DNA from: Tubulanus polymorphus
Taxonomy: Eukaryota; Animalia; Nemertea
Assembly: GCF_964204645.1 (NCBI RefSeq)
Contig: NC_134027.1
Coordinates: 12,370,485-12,434,484 of the forward strand
Length of the DNA: 64,000 nucleotides
Reading direction: 5' to 3'
Shown here piece by piece: positions 12,201 through 24,200 of this stretch (position 1 is its first letter; every line of letters begins with the position of its first letter). The notes below the pieces were generated by a model. The model was not told the origin of the DNA and did no database searches. It saw nothing but the letters and a program-made list of their open reading frames with translations. The translations under genes and the position numbers were made by a program.

Positions 12201-15200
12201 ATATAAGACTTATTTTCAGGTTCCAATTCACCCAAAATCTTGGTGATTTTTCAGGATGAAGTGGAAAGGCCGCCAGTTCCAGTTCAGGTCTCTTCCATTT
12301 GGCCTCAGTACGGCCCCGTGGGTTTTCACCAAGTTGGTCAAGTCCGTTCAGAAGGTACTCTAGTCAAGGGGTGTTCGACTGTTCATTTTCCTTGACGACT
12401 GGTTAATAGTCGCTAACTCGGCTCAAGAATGTCGGGAGGCAATGACCTCAGTCTTGGACTTAGTCCATCAGCTAGGGTTCTGCGTAAACAGGGAAAAATT
12501 TCGGTTGATGCCGGCCCAACAGTTCACTTATCTTGGCATGGACTTTGATCTCCGAATCGGCAAAGTCTTTCCGTCCATGGATCGAGTGGCCAAACTTCAA
12601 GAAGCTGTAGCGGGAGTGTCCACAACCCTGAGAACAGCTCGTTACTGGTCGCAGCATCATCGATTGCTGGATCAAATGGAGAGATCAGTCAATTGCAACA
12701 TAGTTCTGGTAGCACCATGTTGGCGCAGAAATGGTATCTACCACTTCTCAACCTTCTGTGCGACAACCCCAGGATTTTTGCAAATTTCCCATCGATTCTG
12801 ACTCAGTGGAACTTTCGGCATCATCCGAACAGCTAGTGGTTCTGCTCGCCTGGCCATTGTCCAGCGATCCTTGTCAGCTTCAGGCTTTTGGGAACAGGCT
12901 GCCTCCTTTATTGCAGGATCTAAACGGCCATCGACAAGTACCATTTACGACGCCAAATGGGGTCATTTTGCAGATTGGTGTGCTACAGGGGAAATTGATC
13001 CATGCTCGCCCTCTGTAGCTCAATTGGCAGATTTGTTACTGCATCTATTTGTAGTGAAAGGTCTGCAGGTTATAACTATTAAAGGTTACCGCTCCGCGAT
13101 TTCCCATACATTGCGTGCTTCTGGACGGCCAAATGTAATGGCGGATCATCGGATATCCCAGCTAGTTGCAGGGGTTTCTGTTTCCCAGCCTCGGGTATCG
13201 AGGCTAGTTCCACCATGGGGTCTGTCAGTAATTTTGAATAAGCTAATGGAGGCTCCATTTGAACCTCATTCCGCAGGGTCATTTGCGTCATTTGTCAAAA
13301 AAGACTGTATTCTTGTTGTTCTTGGCTTGCTCGACCCGTCGTTCTGAGATTCATGCTTAAGAACTGCATGAGAACTTTCAGTTCGACAAGGTCATATTGT
13401 CTTCGTGCCAGCGAAGGAATTTGTTTCACTCCGGCCTGCTTTGGAGTTTTTGGCAAAGAATCAACGGCCAGGCTCGGTCGGTCGTCAATGGCGAATTGAA
13501 GCCCTAAAAAATCAAGTGGAACCGGGTCTTCTGGCCAGGACATAATGTCCTGTACAGGCGTTGTGTTTCTATTTAGATCACTCTGCTCCACGAAGGGGTA
13601 CGTGGGAGTGGTTATTTATTCCGCTGTTGGATCACCTGAAGGGTGATATTTCTCGGGACACATTCTTCACTGATCAAGGACATTTTATTGAAAGAGAATC
13701 TTTCTTCGGAAGGAGTTGTTTCTCATCAAGAGAGGTCTATGGCCACTTCCTGCGCAGCCTTTTCAGGTGCTCCGTTGGAAGAAGTCTGTCGGGCCGCCTT
13801 TTGGAATTCTCCATCGACATTCACGTCCTTTTATTTACGGGATGTGTCAGGCCAGTTAGGCTCATTAGCGTCGCTCAGTCCTATAGTTATGGCTCAAGGT
13901 GTCCGTTCTTTCGGATCTGACTCGTTAGCCTAGAATTTTTATGTTTGCATTATCAGGATCACGAGAGGTGTATCCATGTACATAGTTTGAGCTTGTGTTC
14001 GCAAGTAATAATTTTGCAAAATTGGGGGGCCCTCAAGCTGGATGGACTCACTGGTCAACCGGTCTTCCCTGTGCTACAGTACTCCTTTCCGTGCTAGGGT
14101 AAGTGCTCTCTTTTTTCCCTTTTACCTTGAGTTTGAGCGGTCGTTTTTCTATCTACCTTTCCCATCATCCTTGTGCTAGGCTAGTCTAGCAAAAACCATC
14201 GGAAAGAATACAGTACTCCATAGAGATATTACAATTTTTGGAACTAAAATTTGTATTTCCGAGTAGTACTTACCCTTTCCTATGGCGGGAATCCCGCCCA
14301 CCTGCCCCGCATAGCTGCATTTTTGGGTCTGCTATGGCGTAAAATGATGGCGGATTTTGCCAGTGGCCGGTCGTATAGAAAAACCATTGGCGATCAATCT
14401 AAATTTAGAAAATATTGGCAAAAACCATAGGAAAGGGTAAGTACTACTCGAAAATACAAATTTTAGTTCCAAAAATTGTAATTTCGTTTAGTTGATTCTT
14501 TCTTTGGCATTCAAGAATCATTGATGCAAGACCTGTATACAATGTACTCTTTGTCATGGTACGCTATTTGTAGAAATTTTCAAATAATTGAATTCTCTCT
14601 GCTACAGTTGTATTTGAATAATTGGCCTGGTTAAATACATCAAGGGAATGTATAATAAAAGTCCTTATATGATTTATGCAAATCTTTTTGCCTTATTCTC
14701 GTATCATTGTGTCCATCAGTCAGCAACTTTATAATACACTAATGAAATATGCGTTCAAGGATGGGTTTGTAATATAGTACATAAGTTAGACTTCTAGGAA
14801 TACCATTTTACCCACAATATCACGAATATAGGTAGCCCTGTTAGCTGCTGTTGGTATGTCCATTTAAAATGACGTTATCTTGTGTTTGATCCAGGTTGGA
14901 CATATAAAAATTTGCTATGATAAATCGTCCGACTTGCTTGTATATCTTGTACTATCTTAATTTTAGATGGGCCGGAACTCCAGGAATTAACCAACTATGG
15001 ATCTATTTGTACTCTACTGTACTGTTGAACTTTTTACAGTATTGCTATGTGTATACTTAGCAGTAAAAGATAGGATACAGATTTCGATATTCAGCATTGC
15101 GAGAGCTACAACAGCGATGTGTTACAACTATCTCATGCAAAACCCGACAAATTTTTGAAAACCATTTCTTGAAACTAAGCTTACGATTCCTTTAAGACCT

Positions 15201-18200
15201 TACACTGGTATTTCCTGAGCAACTCCTCAATTCGCTAATACCTAAACTTGGTCAAGTGATACCACGTACTGCATTATATTGTAGATGTACCATAAAGTTG
15301 TTGTCTGGTAGATAGTTGGTAGAGTAAATTATTGCCTGATTTCTCTTGTCTCAATAATAAATGTGGCAACTGTTTATGTGGGAATGATAACTAGTCATCC
15401 TCATATCGAATTTTGGCTTCTTGATGGTGCAAGGTGTTATTATAATTTTATCATGGGGAATTGATGTATATGTGAGTGCATGTGTACCCTGGATCAGGTC
15501 AATTTACTTATTCTTTTGCTTTGTCCCCCAATCTTACAGAAGATGTCCTATTGAAACTATCCTAGCCTATTGTCATATAGATTCTAAATATTGGATAATA
15601 ATCAATCTGAATGATATGACTAACCATTAACCTACAGTTATGTAGAAATTAGATTCGTGATGTCATCAGTCTTTAGATAAAAAGTTTTTATCATTAATGG
15701 CACCTCGCTGTCAACCATAGATGCTAAAAAAGTTTTGAAAAAATTCTCAAACTCTTATCCATCATCAATGGGCGGTGGTCAGTAATGCTCTACAACTGTG
15801 TATTTGATTTACAATTTTGTACCATACTTATTATTTCACAATAACTTTCAGTAAGTTTTGGATCAAAAGTATTAATTAAGGTGCTCACAGTATGTTAGAT
15901 ATTATTATTATTGTGTGTTATAGCTACTCAACTTAGCATGATCGAGGTTAGTTTGAGTGCTATGAAAATGAATTTGTTGTTCCATGACAGCTTGATTATA
16001 GTCATCAGGCCTATAGTTTTTGGTGAATTTTTGATATTGTAGGTAGACGCTGCCAGTTTGGAGACTAGTCTTGAAGAGCAGAATGGTAAATACCAAGAAC
16101 AGTTGACGGAGATGCAAGCTAGTCTTAATCAATCATTCCAAGATAATGATGACATCATGCTTCAGTTGAAGGTAACTCACGTGATCCATATATTGTTCAA
16201 ATGTAATATTTGCGACGTTGGTCTGGATTTAGCATTGTTATTAGTTAAACTTAGTCCCTATAGTCCGCAGTTTGTAATTGTGAATATTCTTCATAGAAGC
16301 TTGGAATAATCTCAATGATTACTCCAAGGTTGAAGTGGGTGGTTCTGCATGGACTTAAAACATTATTAGGGTTTTCTGTTACATCACAGAAAACCCTATT
16401 GAGATTCGCGTGTTTCTTATTATTATTATTATTATTATTATTATTTTTTTCCACACATTTTTTGTCAAAAGTACATAGGCTTTTTTACATTACCGCTGTT
16501 GCCGATACGATCCGTTTGATATCATTCAGCTCACTTCGATCTACAAATACTCCGTGCAAATTTTGAAGAATCAACGTTACAAAAGCACTGTCAAGCCGTA
16601 AACATCGAAAATTGAGCCCCATTCAAAGAGCCGACATGTTTTTCTAAGTCGTCTTTCCGAAATCTACCGCACGTTTCTTGTCACATCGATTATCAATTCA
16701 AGCATAAATTAACAAATTTATTACCCAAAAATTGCACATTCTGTCGCGGTTTTTAAAAACTAATTTTAACAATAACCCATTTTCCTCATCAAATTATAAT
16801 ACCAATACACAGGAAATTTACTACTTTAGACTTTAAAAGCGCTGTCGAGCCGTAAACATCGACAAATCGACGTGTGTCACTACATCGTCGTTCCGGGAAT
16901 CAGCTGCGAGTTTCTTCTCATTCTGAGAATCAAATCGAGTACAAATTAATTTATTACTACCAGTGATTTGGCTGCGGGCGTCAAGCAGTTAATTTAGCAA
17001 TACCTATTTTTCTTTACCAAATTTACCGTGTTTTTACTGAGATAAATCATAAGTGTACCGGGGAGTCGTAGGCCTAAACTAAACACGCCGAAGAGATATA
17101 GCGGAGAAAAGCTGTTATGTCGACGAGGTATCAAAATAAAAGAATATATTACTTTATTCGGCCCCGGGCCTCCATATCAATACCATCAATACTCTATATT
17201 TCCTACAGTACATACCGATCATTGTCAAATCCACAAGGTATTTACTAAATACAAGTATAAAACACACTCCTATCCGTATGCTGGACTCACACTTGACATT
17301 CGGAGTAAGCGTTCGCTGTGGGGGAAAGGAGATCGTTCGCTGTGTCGCTTGAAGTGTTTATCGAGTTTTACGCGACCTTAAAGCTTTAGTATGGTGGCTG
17401 ATAAGATAAAAAAACACGAATATGCAAATGAGGGCGACATTACGACAAAACGACAAAACTAAAATAATGTGAGAAAACAATGATTTTGATTTTGTCGCCC
17501 GCGACAATTCATTATTTTGGTTTTATATTTTGTTTTTGTCGCCCGCGACAATTTTCTTTTTTAGTTTTGTCCCCTGCGACAATTCAATATTTTGGTTTTA
17601 TCGCCCGCGATAATTCATTATTTTGGTTTTGTCGCCTGAGAAAATTCATTATTTTGGTTTTATCGCCCGCGACAATTCATTATTACGGTTTTATCGCCCG
17701 CGACAATTCATTATTTTGGTTTTGTCGCCCGCGACAATTCACCATTTTGGTTTTGTCGCCCGCGACAATTCACCATTTTGGTTTTGTCGCCCGCGACAAT
17801 TCATTATTTTGGTTTTATCGCCCGCGACAATTCATTATTTTGGTTTTACCGCCCGCGACAATTCATTATTTTGGTTTTGTCGCCCCGACAATTCTTTTTT
17901 TGGTTTTGTCGCCCGCGACAATTCAATATTTTGGTTTTGTCGCCCGCGACAATTCATTATTTTGGTTTTATCGCCCACGACAATTCAATATTTTGGTTTT
18001 ATCGCCCGCGATAATTCATTATTTTGGTTTTATCGCCCACGACAATTCATTATTTTGGTTTTGTCGCCCGCGACAATTCATTATTTTAGTTTTATATTTT
18101 GTTTTTCTTTTTCTTTTTTAGTTTTGTGCTCGCGACAATTCAATATTTTGGTTTTATCACCCGCGATAATTCATTATTTTGGTTTTGTCGCCTGAGAAAA

Positions 18201-21200
18201 TTCATTATTTTGGTTTTATCGCCCGCGACAATTCATTATTACGGTTTTATCGCCCGCGACAATTCATTATTTTGGTTTTGTCGCCCGCGACAATTCATTA
18301 TTTTGGTTTTATCGCCCGCGACAATTCATTATTATGGTTTTACCGCCCGCGACAATTCATTATTTTGGTTTTGTCACCCCGACAATTCTTTTTTTGGTTT
18401 TGTCGCCCGCGAAAATTCAATATTTTGGTTTTGTCGCCCGCGATAATTCATTATTTTGGTTTTATCGCCCACGACAATTCATTATTTTGGTTTTGTCGCC
18501 CGAGACAATTCATTATTTTAGTTTTATCGCCCGCGACAATTCATTATTTTGGTTTTATCGCCCGCAACAATTCATTATTTTGGTTTTGTCGCCCGCGACA
18601 ATTCACCATTTTGGTTTTGTCGCCCGCGACAATTCGCCATTTTGGTTTTGTCGCCCCCGACAATTCATTATTTTGGTTTTGTCGCCCGCGACAATTCATT
18701 ATTTTGGTTTTGTCGCCCGCGACAATTCATTATTTTGGTTTTGTCACCCCGACAATTCTTTTTTTTGGTTTTGTCGCCCGTGACAATTCAATATTTTGGT
18801 TTTGTCGCCCGCGATAATTCATTATTTTGGTTTTATCGCCCGCGACAATTCGCCATTTTGGTTTTGTCGCCCGCGACAATTCATTATTTTGGTTTTGTCG
18901 CCCGCGACAATTCATTATTTTGGTTTTGTCACCCCGACAATTCTTTTTTTGGTTTTGTCGCCCGCGACAATTCAATATTTTGGTTTTGTCGCCCGCGATA
19001 ATTCATTATTTTGGTTTTATCGCCCACGACAATTCATTATTTTGGTTTTGTCGCCCGAGACAATTCATTATTTTGGTTTTATCGCACACGACAATTCATT
19101 ATTTTGGTTTTGTCGCCCGAGACAATTCATTACTTTGGTTTTATCTCCAGCGATAATTCATTATTTTGGTTTTGTCGCCCGCGACAATTCCTGTTTTTGG
19201 TTTTGACGCCCGCAACAATTAATTATTTTGGTTTTATACTTTGTTTTTATACAATTTTTTTTTGGTTTTGTCGCCAGCAACAATTCAATATTTTGGTTTT
19301 GTCGCCCGCGACAATTCATTATTTTGGTTTTATCGCCCGCGACAATTCATTATTTTGGTTTTATCGCCCGCGACAATTCAATATTTTGGTTTTATCGCCC
19401 GCGATAATTCATTATTTTGGTTTTATCGCTCGCGACAATTCATTATTTTGGTTTTGTCACCCGAGACAATTCAATATTTTAGTTTTATCGCCCGCGACAA
19501 TTCATTATTTTGGTTTTATCGCCCGCGACAATTCATTATTTTGGTTTTGTCGCCCGCGACAATTCACCATTTTGGTTTTGTCGCCCGCGACAATTCACCA
19601 TTTTGGTTTTGTCGCCCGCGACAATTCATTATTTTGGTTTTTTCGCCCGCGACAATTCACCATTTTGGTTTTATCACCCGCGACAATTCATTAGTTTGGT
19701 TTTGTTGCCCGCGACAATTCAATATTTTGGTTTTATCACCCGCGATAATTCATTATTTTGGTTTTGTCGCCTGAGAAAATTCATTATTTTGGTTTTATCG
19801 CCCGCGACAATTCATTATTACGGTTTTATCGCCCGCGACAATTCATTATTTTGGTTTTATCACCCGCGACAATTCATTAGTTTCGACAATTCTTTTTCAG
19901 TCCACTTGGAACTTTAGTCCCAGCGGGCTATTGTGTTCACTTTTCGTCCGTCCGTCCGTCCATAGACGGAATCCAGTTATTTTGGGATGTTTTGAAGAGG
20001 CTTCAAGGTAATGTCTTGATATTTGGTTTATACATGTATCTACCCTAGACACATCGTCAGCCCTTAAACTGGCCCTGTCAGATTCAAGATGGCCGACTGG
20101 CAGCCATTGTTTGCCAAAATTAGCACTTTTTAAACATTTTCGAAGTTTTCGTGGGAAATTTTGATGACGCTTTGATCAATTACCTTGATCTTTCGTTTAT
20201 ATTTGAATCTACCAAAGGCCCATCAGCATAAGAAAATTGGGTCGATCTGACTCAAGATGGCCGTCCTATGACGTTTTTAGTGCCCAAAAAATGTCAATTT
20301 TGGCCAGAATTCTAGGTCCTGTAGCTTCCTACTGGTTTGCCATTTCTCATTGCAATTGCCGATGGGTATTCTTTGGAGAGGGATGTTTTATACCTGGGAC
20401 AGGTATTTTTGATCAGCCAATTATGACAAAATTGGCGGCCATCTTGGTGTCATCGGTACTCATTCGTAGGTGGGAAAAAGTTTTTCCACATTAAATTGAT
20501 ACCTAAGCATATTGTGTTACTATATTCAATTGGAAAGTTGTAGCCCATAACATGTTCTATGATTTTGGTGAGTTTCAAGGTCATTGGTTTTAGTATGTGG
20601 CCATCAGGGGGCGTTGAATAATACAATAACTTAGTATTGCTATATTATATTTGTACCAAGGCATATTTTGTTACCATGATCAATTGCAAAGTTGTAGTTC
20701 ATGACATCGTCTATGATTGTGGTGAGTTTTTAAGGACATTAGTTATTCCATATAGTCACCAGGGGAAGTTGAATAGTAGAAAAGCTTAGTTTTTCCTTAT
20801 TAGATTGGTACCTAGGCATAGTTTGTTACCATGATCCATTGCAAAGTTGTAGATCATGACATCGTCTATGATTGTGGTGAGTTTTTAAGGACATTAGTTA
20901 TTCCATATAGTCACCAGGGGGCGTTGAATAGTAGAATGGCTTAGTATTTCCTTATTAGATTGGTACCTAGGCATATTTTGTTACTATGATCAATTGCAAA
21001 GTTGTATTTCATGACATGTACTACGATTGTGGTGAGTTTTAAGGTCATTGGGTTTTGCATATGGTCACCAGGGGCGTTGAATAGTAGAATAACTTAGTAT
21101 TTCCATATTAAATTGGTAACGAGGCATATTTTGTTATCACAATTAATTACAAATCATAGCTGCTCACATGTTCTATGATTGTGGTGGGTTTCAAGGTCAT

Positions 21201-24200
21201 TGGTTTTTGTATATGGTCACTAGAGGGCGTTATGTATTGAAATTGTTAGATTGTTGAGCATTTGAAACCACTTCCCAAGTGAGCATGGTGTCCCTGGACC
21301 CCTAGTTAGGTTTTGTCTCCCGCGACAATTCATTATTCTGGTTTTGTCGCACGCAACAATTCAATATTATGTTTTTGTCGTCCGCGACAATTCATTATTT
21401 TGGTTTTATCGCCGCGACAATTCAATATTTTGGTTTTAACGCCCGCGACAATTCATTATTGTGGTTTTATCGCCCGCGACAATTCATTATTTTGGTTTTA
21501 TCGCCCGCGACAATTCATTATTTTTGTTTTGTCGCCCGTGACAATTCAATATTTTGGTTTTGTCACCCGCGACTATTCATAATTTTGGTTTTGTCCCCGT
21601 GGTTTTGTCGGAACATTAAGTTTTTTGGTCGAACAGTGTGTTAAGGTCGTTTTGGAAATTTACTCGGTCTGGTATATTTTGGATTACTGTGTATGTCATT
21701 TGTCAGGACATTAAACAGAAGACGACTTAGGATACTACCTTGCGTGACTCCACTAGTTAGACCGTCTCATTCCAAGAGGAGGCGTTCTGTTGATTTCGGT
21801 TACAAGTTTCTGTTCAGAGATAGCTGCTGAGCCATTTTAACGACCTATCATTGATACTGTTTCCTAATAGCCTCTTTAGTAATGGCTGATGTTGAGCCTT
21901 ATCAAATGCTTTGTTGAAATCCACCGTTGAACAGGATTCTAAGACTGTGCAGAAAACCCGTTATCGCTGCTTTGCAGCTATATTTAAAATATTGTTTCTG
22001 TCTACAGGAGAGTCAGAAAGCATGTGCACAGACGCTAGAACAGCTCCACGAGGCACAGCTTGAAAGGGATAAACAAATACAAGCATTGCAAGAAATGACC
22101 AAGGTAAACAATAAGATTAAAATTTGTCTCGCTAGAGTGTAATTTTTACGTTAGGCATGAGATACTGGTGAAATGAGACATCCTATTTTCTTCGTCAAAC
22201 CTAAATATCAAATTCGCCTGTGAAAACTTCATTATATGTTTGCCAAAGCAGCATTCATATTTGATATGTCAAATTCATTCATCAGAGATGAGAATTCCCC
22301 GCGGATCCGCGGTTTCCCGCGGATTTCAGTATTGAAAAATATCAATTTTCCAAATAGTCCAAAAATGATGTAAAAGTATGGGGGGGGGGTGATCTCACTC
22401 AATTGGTCCGGCGCGATCGGTAATCAGGTGAACCGTAAAAGCGTTCAGTGCCTGTTTTACTTATCATCACGTAAAAGTATCGCATTTCAATGCATATTCA
22501 TTGCAACACAGTGATTTTGCATGTACTTGTACTACGATGAGTTTGTATGTATTTTATCGATCGGTTGCAGACACGCACGCACAGCAACAGTAGTAATGTA
22601 TATAGGTCTACTTACTGTTGCTGCGTGTGTGTGGCGAACGCTTTCGGATATTATACACTACTTGGTGATGATTTTTAGTGAGCATTCATCGGCGCATTTT
22701 TACTGCAATAATTCAGGGCTCGACCCGTAATGCATGAGATGCTGAATGTCATCAAATGAGGATGTACCACATTGGAACTAGCCATTACCTTCCAAAATAT
22801 AATAGTCGTTCATGGGTTCGAAATCGCTCTAAGTGCTCGGAAAACGTATTTAATTTCTAAAATTTTCTTGGGGGAGGGCCCCCAAACCCCCCCGAAATAG
22901 CTTCGCGCCTTCGGCGCTCGCTGTTGCTGACGGCTAAGCCGTCAGCTGGTTCGCGTATGTCACTCAAGAAAAATAACCCGCGGATTTTACAGGTCAGCGT
23001 TCTCATCCCTGATTCATGGATAACCTGTGCAAACTGATACATAATATAAATCCTATTCGTCCATCGCCTGTCAAACTTTCATATTTTACTTGAAATCTAG
23101 AAGGCACAGGGACCGTTGTTATGCCAAGATCTCTTGTGCAGTCTCCAAAGAGAAGGCACGGTTAGATAGCTAGATATGAAGCAAATCACGCAAGGCTGCC
23201 TTTTCATTTTTTCCCTCCAGAACAGGAATGACACAAAGCAATTACTTCACTTCAACAGACCTCATTAGGGGTGTTGGGTACATCATATTACAGGCCTGAA
23301 TGAACCCCCTAGAATTCTTAAGTGCCCTTCAAAGGATTTTGTGAAATTTTGATACTTTGATGCTTTTCATTTTCTTTTTTTATGCCCCCCACAACGCGTC
23401 GTGGGGGGCATACTGTATTGACTTTGTCGTCCGTCCGTCTGTCGTAGCGTCTGTCTGTCCGCAGTGGTTTCCGTGCCCTAGCAGCTAAACCCTTTGACAG
23501 ATTTTCTTCAAATTCAACAGTTGTGTTGTACTATATGAGTTTATTAACTGATTAGATTTTGGGTCCAGTACATCCAAGGTCGCAAGAAGCCATTTTGTGA
23601 ATTTCATTTCTGGGCTCTAACTCATTAATGGTTTAAGATAACTTACTGAAATTCTATGGGTGGGTTGTCCTAGGGACCATGGGTAACTGATTTGATTTTG
23701 GGTCCTGTAGGTCCAAGGTCAAGGTTGCAGGAAGACATTTGTGAATTTCATTTCCAGGCTCTAACTCATAAATGGTCTAAGAAAACATTGAAATTCTATG
23801 GATGGGTTATCCTAGGGACCGTGGGTAACTGATTGGATTTCAGTTCGTGTTGGTCAAAGGTCAAGGTTACTAGAAGCTTTTATGTATTTTTCATTTCCGG
23901 GCTCTATCTCATAGATGGGTTAAGATAATTTGTTGACAATTATTGGATGGGTTATTCTAAAGACTGTGAGTAACTGATTACATTTCGGGTCCTGTAGTCA
24001 AAGGTCAAGGTCACCAGGAGCTGTTTTGTATTTTTCATTTCCAGGCTCTTGATTCATAAACGGTATAAGATAACTTTGTGAAATTTAATGGATGGGTTAC
24101 CCTAGAGACCGTGAGTGATTGATTAGATTTCGAGTCCTATAGGTCAAAGGTCAAGGTCACCGGAAGCCGTTTTGTATTCTTCATTACCTGCCTTCAGAAA

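Larger units (their letters stand above)
11205..14483 (+). mobile_element. DIRS1-type retrotransposon copy 2 (both termini and ICR; internal deletions)
   Basis: Left ITR about 11205-11300, gag C-terminus 11385-11792, RT, methyltransferase-like remnant, tyrosine recombinase, ICR 14196-14286, right ITR 14345-14483. Confidence 0.93.

Noticed and set aside
17480-19917. Many long overlapping ORFs ([14 protein letters not shown] repeats)
   Set aside because: Artefact of a stop-poor 31-bp unit cycling through all three frames.
17485-21610. CRISPR-like array (31-bp palindromic repeats)
   Set aside because: Units are head-to-tail with no unique spacers, there are no cas genes, and the context is a eukaryotic intron.
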